This document shows, one piece after another, positions 33,477 through 41,878 of a DNA stretch of 64,000 nt. The notes beneath the pieces are model-generated. The model was not told the DNA's origin. It saw nothing but the letters and a program-made list of their open reading frames with translations, and made no database searches. The position numbers and the translations under genes are program-made. How positions within the stretch are numbered: the stretch's first letter is position 1; each line of letters begins with the position of its first letter. The stretch is from Candidatus Uhrbacteria bacterium (GTDB lineage: Bacteria; Patescibacteriota; Patescibacteriia; UBA9934): the NCBI GenBank assembly GCA_903827265.1, contig CAIKHN010000004.1, positions 104,067 to 168,066 of the forward strand, read 5' to 3'.

Positions 33477-34397
33477 TTAGTAATCACCCACAAAAATCGT
33501 TGTAAGCATCTGTGAATAGCTCCCGCCAGCCTGAGAACTCGATATGGAAGCCTTCAGCGTTAAAAAGCCACTATTCACAATCGCAGACGACGCAGCGCTC
33601 CCAACAAGCGCCGGTGATTCAGTCAGTGCGGTGTCCTGTGTATCGAATGTTGATGTTGAAAGAGTCGCGTCAGATGACCGAGCGCCGTACTCGCTAAAGC
33701 CGGCAGTCACCGAACCGTCCGAAACTGCAGGAATACTGTCTCCGCCCGATCGAAGGTCGCCATCGGTAAATGCGTACACGCCGAAACCCTGCGAAACGTC
33801 AGCGGAGGCAACCCAACCAACGATCTGCGTCGAAACGACAAATGATGCAAGTGAGCCCATCGTATTCGACGCAGTTTGCGACATTTTATAGACACGATCA
33901 TTTGTTCCATCAATCACCGGTGCCGTTCCTGAGTAATTTGAGCGAATGACAATGTCCGTACCGAATATTCCCGTAATCTGCCCCATCGCCGCCTCCTGTG
34001 ATGCGCCCTCATCACGAACAATAACGATCCAATCGCCGACCGCGAAACCCGCGGCAGTCGTTACGCTCACAGTATTTGTTGAAAACGCTGTCGCAGCGAC
34101 CTGAGTGCTTCGGTCCTCGACGTACGGGATAAAATCGACAACTTGGTCATACAATCCGGCTCGAAATCCTTGGTCGACGCTATACGATCCTGAACTTGTC
34201 CTTCCGTCGGCAGACGATGCGCCAACACTGTCACGCAACGTATAGGAAGCGGAGGAGCTATTTCCACCGCCCGAAGAAAACTCGTCCCATTGAATCTGAT
34301 AATTCGTCGACGACATCGCCGCGAAAGCAATTTGCGTATGAAACGCAAATATTAACGCGAACATTAGCGAAATAATCCTATTTGCTCGAACCTCCAT
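33477..34397 (-). CDS. secreted hypothetical protein (first gene of the surface-protein operon)
   Basis: The start was set at the ATG at 34397 (MEVRANRIISLMFALIFAFHTQIAFAA, a signal peptide). The body is rich in S/T/G/A. The track's GTG at 34424 is an alternative start. Confidence 0.5.
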   Translation of the reverse strand: MEVRANRIISLMFALIFAFHTQIAFAAMSSTNYQIQWDEFSSGGGNSSSASYTLRDSVGASSADGRTSSGSYSVDQGFRAGLYDQVVDFIPYVEDRSTQVAATAFSTNTVSVTTAAGFAVGDWIVIVRDEGASQEAAMGQITGIFGTDIVIRSNYSGTAPVIDGTNDRVYKMSQTASNTMGSLASFVVSTQIVGWVASADVSQGFGVYAFTDGDLRSGGDSIPAVSDGSVTAGFSEYGARSSDATLSTSTFDTQDTALTESPALVGSAASSAIVNSGFLTLKASISSSQAGGSYSQMLTTIFVGDY

Positions 34398-34603
34398 ACA
34401 AAAAGTGTTCAACTCCTTGAACACAATAATGCGTCAACATGAGATCAAAAACAACGCTAACTTTGATAACCTGTGGATAAAAGCTGGATAACCCTGTTTA
34501 TAAACCATCATATTGTCCACAATGCATATATGTATAGACTAGCGTTGACAATCTTTCACGACGAATTTCATGCTTATCAACAACCTCCGTGCAACTTCAC
34601 AAA

Positions 34604-34619
34604 TGTTTCACGTGAAACA
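34604..34619. repeat. perfect 16-bp palindrome TGTTTCACGTGAAACA (copy 1 of 3)
   Basis: It is an exact match to the copies at 34721 and 34991. Confidence 0.8.
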
Positions 34620-34720
34620 TTGATGCCATATTCGATAGAAGCCTCGAAAACGCGATGTCGAAACTGAACATCACCGAAAATATCCCCCGAAAACTGCTGA
34701 TGTAAAGGATATAAGTGCAT

Positions 34721-34736
34721 TGTTTCACGTGAAACA
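34721..34736. repeat. perfect palindrome TGTTTCACGTGAAACA (copy 2; 20 bp with flanks, ATTGTTTCACGTGAAACAAT)
   Basis: Exact repeat of the 34604 and 34991 copies. Confidence 0.8.
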
Positions 34737-34746
34737 ATTGCGAATA

Positions 34747-34776
34747 ACAAAACATCGGCATTTTGCCGATGTTTTG
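34747..34776 (-). terminator. rho-independent terminator directly after tRNA-Ala (AACATCGGCA-aaa-TGCCGATGTT followed by a T-run on the minus strand)
   Basis: A 10-bp stem and T-tract lie immediately 3' of the tRNA. Confidence 0.65.
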
Positions 34777-34852
34777 TGGTGGACCTGAGCGGATTCGAAC
34801 CGCTGACCTCTGCAATGCGAATGCAGCGCTCTACCAACTGAGCTACAGGCCC
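34777..34852 (-). tRNA. tRNA-Ala (anticodon CGC), CCA encoded
   Basis: The reverse complement reads GGGCCTGTAGCTCAGTTGGTAGAGCGCTGCATTCGCATTGCAGAGGTCAGCGGTTCGAATCCGCTCAGGTCCACCA. It has the G3:U70 alanine identity pair, a TTCGCAT anticodon loop and a TTCGAAT T-loop. Confidence 0.9.
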
Positions 34853-34990
34853 GTGTTCGCTTACCCGATGGACTTTAGATCAAGCGAATCATATTCGCCT
34901 TCATTTTATCCATCAACCGATCGCTTCGGCGATAATTACATTACCGAAGTGAACCAAACCGAGAATTAACAATCGAGTCATGTTTAAAAT

Positions 34991-35006
34991 TGTTTCACGT
35001 GAAACA
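34991..35006. repeat. perfect palindrome TGTTTCACGTGAAACA (copy 3; 26 bp with flanks, AAAATTGTTTCACGTGAAACAATTTT)
   Basis: Exact repeat. It is flanked by A4 and T4 and so could also act as a bidirectional terminator. Confidence 0.8.
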
Positions 35007-35140
35007 ATTTTACCCGAATTCCAATGGTCGTTTAAATTGTGAAATGCTAGGAGTTGCGAGGACCGAAGTGATCCGTGCTACAACGTACGGTGAACGAGGA
35101 CTGGAACAACGACAACGCAGTTCGCAATTTAAATGACCAT

Positions 35141-35217
35141 TGGTGATCTCGGCGGGAGTTGAACCTGCAACCTTGTCCTTAGGACGGACCTGCTCTATCC
35201 AGTTGAGCTACGAGATC
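35141..35217 (-). tRNA. tRNA-Arg (anticodon CCT), CCA encoded
   Basis: The reverse complement reads GATCTCGTAGCTCAACTGGATAGAGCAGGTCCGTCCTAAGGACAAGGTTGCAGGTTCAACTCCCGCCGAGATCACCA. It has a perfect acceptor stem, an xTCCTAA anticodon loop and a TTCAACT T-loop, with one mismatch each in the anticodon and T stems. Confidence 0.7.
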
Positions 35218-35320
35218 GTTTTCCTGTCTATGTGTCGTAAAATATATCGAAGATCTGTGATATACTTCAACGACGCGAAAGAAGTATACGTATCACAACA
35301 TTGCAGCGTCAATAAAATCT

Positions 35321-36469
35321 ATGGACACCTCTTCTATCTTCATCCTCATCATCGGTTTCAGTGCAGTCATCGGAATCCTTATCTGGCTTCAAAAACGCAA
35401 CGGAGGCGATTCTGTGGCGTCGCAAAATCTTATCAACGAAATATCCCGTATTCGCGAGGAATTATTACGCGCAACAGCCGAACAACGACAAGAAGTCCAA
35501 ACAAAACTCGATCGAGTAAATGATCAGCTCTACCGCGGACTCGCGGACTCGCAAAAAACACTTCTCTCACAACAAGATCTCGCGCAAAAGAATATCAGTG
35601 CGCAATTTGCGGAAACTTCAAAAATCATTCAAGCGGTCACCGAAAAACTTACGACGCTTGATGCAACAAACAAACAGGTGCTCGATTTCTCATCACAACT
35701 TCGAAACCTCCAAGACATTCTCAAAAATCCAAAACATCGCGGCATACTCGGCGAATACTATCTCGAAACGCTTCTCAAGAACGCCATGGAGCCCGGAAGC
35801 TACGCGATGCAGTATCGCCTCGGTAAGGATGAGTCCGATAAAGATCTCATTCCTGATGCTGTGGTATTTGTGAAGGATAAAATCATCCCAATCGATTCTA
35901 AATTTTCTCTAGAAAATTACAATCGAATCTCTGAAACGGACGACTCAACCGAGCGCGATCGCCTTGAAAAGCTTTTCGTGAACGATTTAAAAAACCGAAT
36001 TCTCGAAACATCCAAATATATTCAACCCGGAAAGGGAACAATGGACTTTGCATTCATGTTCATTCCGCACGAAGCTATTTATTACGATCTTCTCGTAAAT
36101 AAAATCGGCTCGACGCAAGAGGACAACGAGAATCTCATCCAGCGTGCTGCGAGTAAATATCACGTCATCATCGTGTCGCCAACATCATTCCTCGCGTATC
36201 TCCAAACCGTTCTCCAGGCTCTGCACGCAATGAAAATTGAAGAAAAGGCGCAGGATATCATTAAGCGCGTCGCCGATCTTGGGAAACATTTCCGAACGTA
36301 CGCCGAGTATCATGGCAAACTCGGCAATGCAGTCAGCACCGTCGTCAACCAATTCAACAACTCCAGCAATGAGCTGAAGAAAATGAGTAAAGACGTTGTA
36401 AAGCTTACCGACGGCCCAGCAGAAGATGTTATCGAAACCCCGCTCATCGAACGGCCAATTATCGAATAA
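35321..36469 (+). CDS. rmuC: DNA recombination protein RmuC
   Basis: It has an N-terminal TM helix, a coiled coil and the RmuC core (GEYYLETLL, PDAVVF, IDSKFSLENY). Confidence 0.85.
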   Translation: MDTSSIFILIIGFSAVIGILIWLQKRNGGDSVASQNLINEISRIREELLRATAEQRQEVQTKLDRVNDQLYRGLADSQKTLLSQQDLAQKNISAQFAETSKIIQAVTEKLTTLDATNKQVLDFSSQLRNLQDILKNPKHRGILGEYYLETLLKNAMEPGSYAMQYRLGKDESDKDLIPDAVVFVKDKIIPIDSKFSLENYNRISETDDSTERDRLEKLFVNDLKNRILETSKYIQPGKGTMDFAFMFIPHEAIYYDLLVNKIGSTQEDNENLIQRAASKYHVIIVSPTSFLAYLQTVLQALHAMKIEEKAQDIIKRVADLGKHFRTYAEYHGKLGNAVSTVVNQFNNSSNELKKMSKDVVKLTDGPAEDVIETPLIERPIIE

Positions 36470-36480
36470 AATAAAACACC

Positions 36481-36512
36481 CCGACGCTTCACGCGACGGG
36501 GTGTTTTATTTT
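36481..36512. terminator. bidirectional terminator (AAAACACCCCG...CGGGGTGTTTTATTTTTT) between rmuC and rpsT
   Basis: A perfect stem is flanked by A- and T-runs. Confidence 0.7.
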
Positions 36513-36815
36513 TTACTTTGTTTTCTTTGCAGCAACTTCCTTCTTTGGTGCTGATGCCGCTTTATTGAGAGCGAGCATGGTTCGTGACTTCACACGAGCT
36601 GCGGTATTTGCCTTAAAAACGTGCTTAGTTACCGCCTTATCCATTGCTTGATCGAGCTCACGGACAAGCTTCTGAGCATCCTCAATTTTTCCTGATTCCA
36701 AAAGCTTACGGAACGAGCGGCGCATAGTATCAATATGACCCTTCACGTTTGCATTACGAACTCGGCGAACCTCGCTCTGTTTCAAGGCTTTCTTGGCGTT
36801 TCGAAGATTTGGCAT
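36513..36815 (-). CDS. rpsT: 30S ribosomal protein S20
   Basis: MPNLRNAKKALKQSEVRRVRNANVKGHIDTMRR is a typical S20 sequence. Confidence 0.9.
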   Translation of the reverse strand: MPNLRNAKKALKQSEVRRVRNANVKGHIDTMRRSFRKLLESGKIEDAQKLVRELDQAMDKAVTKHVFKANTAARVKSRTMLALNKAASAPKKEVAAKKTK

Positions 36816-36865
36816 AATTCCGTGAGGAAAGTTTCAATAAGAATACGCGAATGTTAGCGGAATAG

Positions 36866-37846
36866 TCAGGAAGCGTCAAGCATCGATGCAACCAAACGAT
36901 CAACCGCGATATCAGCCGCGAGGCCTCGTTTCATTGCAAAATCGAGTTCTGACGCTAGTCCGTGCCACTGTTTCATGCGCTCAAATGATCGCCTCCGAGC
37001 CTCACCGAGCACCTTTTGCGCCACAAATGGGTGTAATCCCAAGGCATTCGCAACATCCTGTTTGCCGATATTCGGAGATTCGTCACAAAGCGATCGCATC
37101 TGGAGCAACAATCGAATCTGACGAACGAGCATGCCAAAAAGCGGGAACTCGTCTGCACCGGCAATACGCTCTTCATGGAGTTTTTTCAGTGCAAATGAGG
37201 AACGATCGGCGCTCATTGCATCCATAAGTGCAAAAATGTCCTCACGATATTCACTTTGAACAAGCGTGCGAACCATTTCTTCTGAAATTGGCGCGTCTCC
37301 AGCATATGCTGAGAGCTTTCCGATTTCCGTCTCCAATCTCCATGAATCGTTTCCTACACGATCCACGAGCGCCGAACTCACTGCAGGAACGATTACTGCG
37401 CCATGCATCTTGGCGCGGCTCGAAATCCACACCTGAAGCTCTGACCCCGAAAGCGCCGGCAATGGATACGTATGAACCTCCTTCATCGCAGAGATGCGCT
37501 TCCATAATTCGGTTTTCTCTACTTTTTCTTTCGATGACGAGTCGACGAGCACCAAGATTGTTGACTCCGGAACACGCTCAAGCACAGCAATCCAAGGTTC
37601 CGCGTCTGGTTTTGTTGTCACAGTCGAGAATATCCCATCGACACGAACCATACGCTTCGCAGAAAGAAACGGCGACGCCGCAATTGCTTCTGCAATACGA
37701 GGAAGATTCACATCATCTTTCTTTATAAACGCAAACTCATCGATATTCATCCGCGTTGGATCGAATTTCTCTGCGAATTTATCAACAAACTCTCGAGATC
37801 GCTCTTTCACGCGAAACGCGTCGTCCCCGTAAACAAGCAGAATCAT
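36866..37846 (-). CDS. holA: DNA polymerase III subunit delta
   Basis: The 326-aa protein has the HolA-type N-terminus (MILLVYGDDAFRVKERSREFV) and C-terminal helical domain. It lies directly downstream of polA. Confidence 0.75.
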   Translation of the reverse strand: MILLVYGDDAFRVKERSREFVDKFAEKFDPTRMNIDEFAFIKKDDVNLPRIAEAIAASPFLSAKRMVRVDGIFSTVTTKPDAEPWIAVLERVPESTILVLVDSSSKEKVEKTELWKRISAMKEVHTYPLPALSGSELQVWISSRAKMHGAVIVPAVSSALVDRVGNDSWRLETEIGKLSAYAGDAPISEEMVRTLVQSEYREDIFALMDAMSADRSSFALKKLHEERIAGADEFPLFGMLVRQIRLLLQMRSLCDESPNIGKQDVANALGLHPFVAQKVLGEARRRSFERMKQWHGLASELDFAMKRGLAADIAVDRLVASMLDAS

Positions 37847-37849
37847 AAA

Positions 37850-40483
37850 TTATTCCATATCGCCCCAAGAATCGGCAGTATCAACGTCAACAACAAGCGG
37901 AACATCAAACTGCGCAATAGATCCCATAATTTGGCGGACATTCTTCTCGAGTGCTTCTCCATCGGACTTCTTCACCTCAAACACCAATTCGTCATGAACC
38001 TGCGCAATCATTCGTGCATCGAGCTTTGACGATTGCAGGTATTTTGCAACAGCATTCATCGCCATCTTAATAATGTCGGCCTGTGTTGCTTGAATTGGCA
38101 TATTAATCGCCATACGCTCTGCCGCGGCAACGAGCTGCGGCATTCCAGAATTCACATCTGGCAAGTATCGACGACGTCCAAAGAGAGAAGTCACAAATCC
38201 ATCGGCATGCGCCTGAAGTTTTGTTGCATCAAGATACGATCGAATTCCAGGATGCGCCATGAAATATCGATCAATGAATTCTTTTGCCTCTTCAAATCGC
38301 ACGTTTGCGCTCTTTGCTAAAGCACGTGCGCCGATGCCGTACAAAATACCGAAGTTGATCGCCTTTGCCGCGTATCGCTGTTCTTTCGTCACGTCGCCTT
38401 CATCAATGCTCCACATTTCTGCCGCAGTGCGTTTATGAATATCTGCGCCGTCAGTAAACGCCTCAATAAACGATCGATCTTTTGCAATTGACGCCGCAAG
38501 CCGAAGTTCAATTTGCGAATAGTCAGCGCTCAGCAACACACATCCTGGCGCAGCAACGAACGCTTTGCGGATTTCACGACCAAGATCAGATCGAATAGGA
38601 ATATTCTGCAAATTTGGATCTGACCCTGACAATCGCCCCGTTGCAGCAACACACTGATTGAATCGGGCATGAATTCGACCGTCAGCCTGAACGAGTCTTG
38701 GCAACGTATCGGCATACGTTCCCTTCAGCTTTGCGAGTTCACGATATTCCGAAATCTTATTCACGATTGGGTGAAGATCCACAATCTTCTCAAGTTCCGG
38801 CGCGGCAGTTGAAAATCCACTTTTTGTTTTCTTAATTCCTTTCGTCGGAATTGCAAGATCGATAAACAGCACATCGGCCAACTGCGACGGAGAATTGATG
38901 TTGAATTCGCGGCCCGCGTCTTGATGAATCGACTTCGTTAATTCTTGTAAACGATCATCAAACTTCTTCGACAGCGTTGCAAGATGTGCAGCGTCAACAG
39001 CGAAACCGTCTTTTTCCATCGTGAACAATACGGGAATAAGCGGCATTTCGATCTCGTCGGCAAGTTTCTTCATTCCTTCATCAGCAAGCCGTCGATCAAG
39101 TACCGTCGCAAGCGGCAACAGCGCGCCGATCATTTCCTGCACACTCGCATCGACCGAGATCGAAGCGCCGATGACGGATTGAACAATGTCGCGATATCCA
39201 AATTCGCGATCACCTGACGCTAAAAGATATGCAGCAACTTGCGTATCGAAGAATGGACGATGAAGAACATACTCGAGATCGATCCCAATATCGTCAACGG
39301 TGTGCAGAATCGATTTGATGTCGTGCGCAACAATCATTTTTGCATTCCCGATTGCCCCAACAATTTTATTGAGATCATCAACGCTCGGATCGTTCATCGA
39401 CACCACATTCCGACCGTCGGTAATCGCGATTGCGGCAATTGATCCACCGAAAAGATCTTTCTCTTTTGACTGAATCACGATACCGATTCGATCAAGCTCA
39501 AGGTCGTTTAACGATCCCGCAGGAAGGGAAGCGTGACGCTTCGACAAGCCTTTGGATGGCGAAACACTCTTCGAAACTGGCGCCTCGCGTTCAGTCTTCT
39601 CGTCCTTGCCCTCGTACTTCTTCAACAACGTTTTGAATTCAAAGTCGCGAAGAATCGGAAGAAGCGCATCGAGATTCGGCTTCTGCATCTTCGCATCATC
39701 CCGAGAGAATCCTTTCAATGGAACATCACGAACCACCGTCACCATTCGTCTCATTTGCGCTGCATGTGTTTCTTGATCCTCGAACTTCTTCGCAAACTTT
39801 TCCGGCAAATCACCACGCTTCATCGCGTCGAAAATTCCGTCGACGGTCTTGTAGGCGTTGATTAACTCGACTGCACCCTTCTCGCCGATTCCGCGAATAC
39901 CTGGAAGATTGTCAGACGTATCTCCGACCAACGTCTTGTAATCGATGAGCTGCGATGGCGTCAGCCCATAACGCTCTTTGACCGCGGCGGTATCGTAGAG
40001 CTTTGTTTGCGACAACCCTTTCACGAAAAACACCACGTGCGTCATCGGTGTCACGAGCTGGAGTGCATCGAGATCGCCGGTCACGATAAGCGTCTTTACG
40101 CCGTCGGCCTCGTTCATCGCGCTAATCGTTCCCAAAATATCGTCACCTTCAAAGCCTGGAACGGAAAGCGAAGGGATCCCGTACGGTTTTAATAACTCCT
40201 GAATCATCGGGATCTGATCGTATAGTTCCTGCGACTTCTTTTCGCGCTGCGCTTTATACTCTGCGTATTCCTCATGACGAAACGTTCCGCCAGGCAAATC
40301 CCACGCAACGGCCATGAAATCCGGTTTTAGCTCTGTTCGCATTTTCTCAATAACCATCGCAAAGCCGTATACCGCATTCACCACTCTGCCATCTTTCGTT
40401 GTAAGCGATGGAACCGCGTGCCAAGCACGGTGCAAAAGTGCGTTGCCATCCAAGATTAAAAAGGTCTTTTGCGATGTGGTCAT
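37850..40483 (-). CDS. polA: DNA polymerase I
   Basis: It has the 5'-3' exonuclease, 3'-5' exonuclease-like and polymerase domains (RYAAKAINFGILYG, QVHDELVFE). The start was set at the ATG at 40483 (MTTSQKTFLILDG). Confidence 0.95.
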   Translation of the reverse strand: MTTSQKTFLILDGNALLHRAWHAVPSLTTKDGRVVNAVYGFAMVIEKMRTELKPDFMAVAWDLPGGTFRHEEYAEYKAQREKKSQELYDQIPMIQELLKPYGIPSLSVPGFEGDDILGTISAMNEADGVKTLIVTGDLDALQLVTPMTHVVFFVKGLSQTKLYDTAAVKERYGLTPSQLIDYKTLVGDTSDNLPGIRGIGEKGAVELINAYKTVDGIFDAMKRGDLPEKFAKKFEDQETHAAQMRRMVTVVRDVPLKGFSRDDAKMQKPNLDALLPILRDFEFKTLLKKYEGKDEKTEREAPVSKSVSPSKGLSKRHASLPAGSLNDLELDRIGIVIQSKEKDLFGGSIAAIAITDGRNVVSMNDPSVDDLNKIVGAIGNAKMIVAHDIKSILHTVDDIGIDLEYVLHRPFFDTQVAAYLLASGDREFGYRDIVQSVIGASISVDASVQEMIGALLPLATVLDRRLADEGMKKLADEIEMPLIPVLFTMEKDGFAVDAAHLATLSKKFDDRLQELTKSIHQDAGREFNINSPSQLADVLFIDLAIPTKGIKKTKSGFSTAAPELEKIVDLHPIVNKISEYRELAKLKGTYADTLPRLVQADGRIHARFNQCVAATGRLSGSDPNLQNIPIRSDLGREIRKAFVAAPGCVLLSADYSQIELRLAASIAKDRSFIEAFTDGADIHKRTAAEMWSIDEGDVTKEQRYAAKAINFGILYGIGARALAKSANVRFEEAKEFIDRYFMAHPGIRSYLDATKLQAHADGFVTSLFGRRRYLPDVNSGMPQLVAAAERMAINMPIQATQADIIKMAMNAVAKYLQSSKLDARMIAQVHDELVFEVKKSDGEALEKNVRQIMGSIAQFDVPLVVDVDTADSWGDME

Positions 40484-40570
40484 ATTGTGCAAAGTGTATC
40501 GGAAAATCATCAAAAACGAAACCGGGGCCCGCAGCACGTCGCTGCAGGCCCCGTTCGCCGAACATCTGCC

Positions 40571-41452
40571 CTACCCGGGCATTTCTTCCAGGAACATTCC
40601 CGAGTCAATCGTCACCGCCCCGGAGTGGCCCACGAGGTAAACCTGCTCGCCGGAACGGCCGAAAAGCGCGTACGGGAACGTGGAGTCCATGGCGACCAAC
40701 CGAGCCACGCGCATTTCCTTCAGCTCCGTAGGATCAAGGACGATCATCTTCGGACCGTCGGGCTCGTGCTTGATGTACGCGACCGTATCCGCGAGACGCG
40801 TCACACGATTGATCTTCGGCCCACGAGCGAGCCGCGTCTCTTGTCCGACGGGCGTCGATCCAAGATTCTTCTCCGTGAAGTCCGCCATCACACCGGTCCT
40901 GAGACACTGATCGAGCTGGGGCGCCGGGACCATGGCGATCCGACCACGGAAAAGAACGGCCATGACGTTTTCGACCAGGAGGAAGTCGTCCAACCGCCCC
41001 GACACGTCGATGACGTCGTAGTCCGGGCACGGACCGGTCGAGCAGTAGTACGTCACGAGCTTCTCCGCGGGAGCCAGCATGGCCTTCGCGAGAAGGGTCA
41101 CGTCTTTCTTCCGACCGGCGAGGTACACCTCGGCGAAGAACTTCGCGACAGCCCGCATTTCTTCCGAGGTCGGATCCCGCGGCGCTTCTTTCGCATTCCG
41201 GACAGAGAGAAGGATCGACTCGCGGCCGGACTGGGTCACGAGCATCGAGGATTGGATCACCCGCGCGACGACAGCGGGGTCTTGAGCCTCCCGCTCCACG
41301 GAGAAGACCAGCGCGAGCCTGTCGTCGACGAGGATCATGTCGATGTAGTGGACGTCGTCCGGACCGTACATTTCGGGGATGAGGTCTGGATTCGCGAGAA
41401 CCTGTTCAGAATCGAGCGAGAGACCGTCTTGGTCAAAGAGAAGCGTGAACAT
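40571..41452 (-). CDS. hypothetical protein (293 aa), GC-rich (about 62%)
   Basis: The sequence has protein-like composition and no motif was recognised. The 345-aa plus-strand ORF overlapping it is treated as a shadow. Confidence 0.5.
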   Translation of the reverse strand: MFTLLFDQDGLSLDSEQVLANPDLIPEMYGPDDVHYIDMILVDDRLALVFSVEREAQDPAVVARVIQSSMLVTQSGRESILLSVRNAKEAPRDPTSEEMRAVAKFFAEVYLAGRKKDVTLLAKAMLAPAEKLVTYYCSTGPCPDYDVIDVSGRLDDFLLVENVMAVLFRGRIAMVPAPQLDQCLRTGVMADFTEKNLGSTPVGQETRLARGPKINRVTRLADTVAYIKHEPDGPKMIVLDPTELKEMRVARLVAMDSTFPYALFGRSGEQVYLVGHSGAVTIDSGMFLEEMPG

Positions 41453-41629
41453 CGGGACTCCGAGGGAACCTTGACGAGAGACAGCCAGCGTACTCGGTTA
41501 CGATAACCGAGCCCTAGGCGGCAGAAATATGCCTGAAAACGCAAATATCGTCAATCGTTAGCCAAATATCCGTCTTTCCAAAAATGGAAAACTTTGCTAG
41601 GATTCTCCCAGGTTTCAAAACAGATTCAT

Positions 41630-41706
41630 GCCTTGATAGCTCAGTTGGATAGAGCAGGGGACTTCTAAGCCCAAGGTCGGTGGTTCGATTCCACCTCAAG
41701 GCACCA
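41630..41706 (+). tRNA. tRNA-Arg (anticodon TCT), CCA encoded
   Basis: The sequence reads GCCTTGATAGCTCAGTTGGATAGAGCAGGGGACTTCTAAGCCCAAGGTCGGTGGTTCGATTCCACCTCAAGGCACCA. It has a perfect acceptor stem and T-arm and a CTTCTAA anticodon loop; the anticodon stem has two non-Watson-Crick ends. Confidence 0.7.
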
Positions 41707-41725
41707 ATCTTTCTTGAACCAAACA

Positions 41726-41750
41726 AAAAACCTCCCAAACGGGAGATTTT
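41726..41750 (+). terminator. terminator (CTCCC-aaac-GGGAG followed by T6) after tRNA-Arg
   Basis: A hairpin and T-run are present. Confidence 0.6.
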
Positions 41751-41754
41751 TTGA

Positions 41755-41829
41755 TGGGGCGATTAACGGGGATCGAACCCGTGTAGCCGGGACCACAACC
41801 CGGTGCTCTACCATTGAGCTATAACCGCC
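41755..41829 (-). tRNA. tRNA-His (anticodon GTG) with an encoded G-1 and CCA
   Basis: The reverse complement reads G-GCGGTTATAGCTCAATGGTAGAGCACCGGGTTGTGGTCCCGGCTACACGGGTTCGATCCCCGTTAATCGCCCCA. The extra 5' G pairs with the C73 discriminator. Confidence 0.85.
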
Positions 41830-41878
41830 ATGATGGTTTGCCGAACGCACAGTAAAATATCACACCAAACCGCTTCAA

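Noticed and set aside
40469-41506. 345-aa plus-strand ORF
   Set aside because: It is antisense to the more protein-like 293-aa minus-strand gene. It is Arg/His-rich with low complexity.
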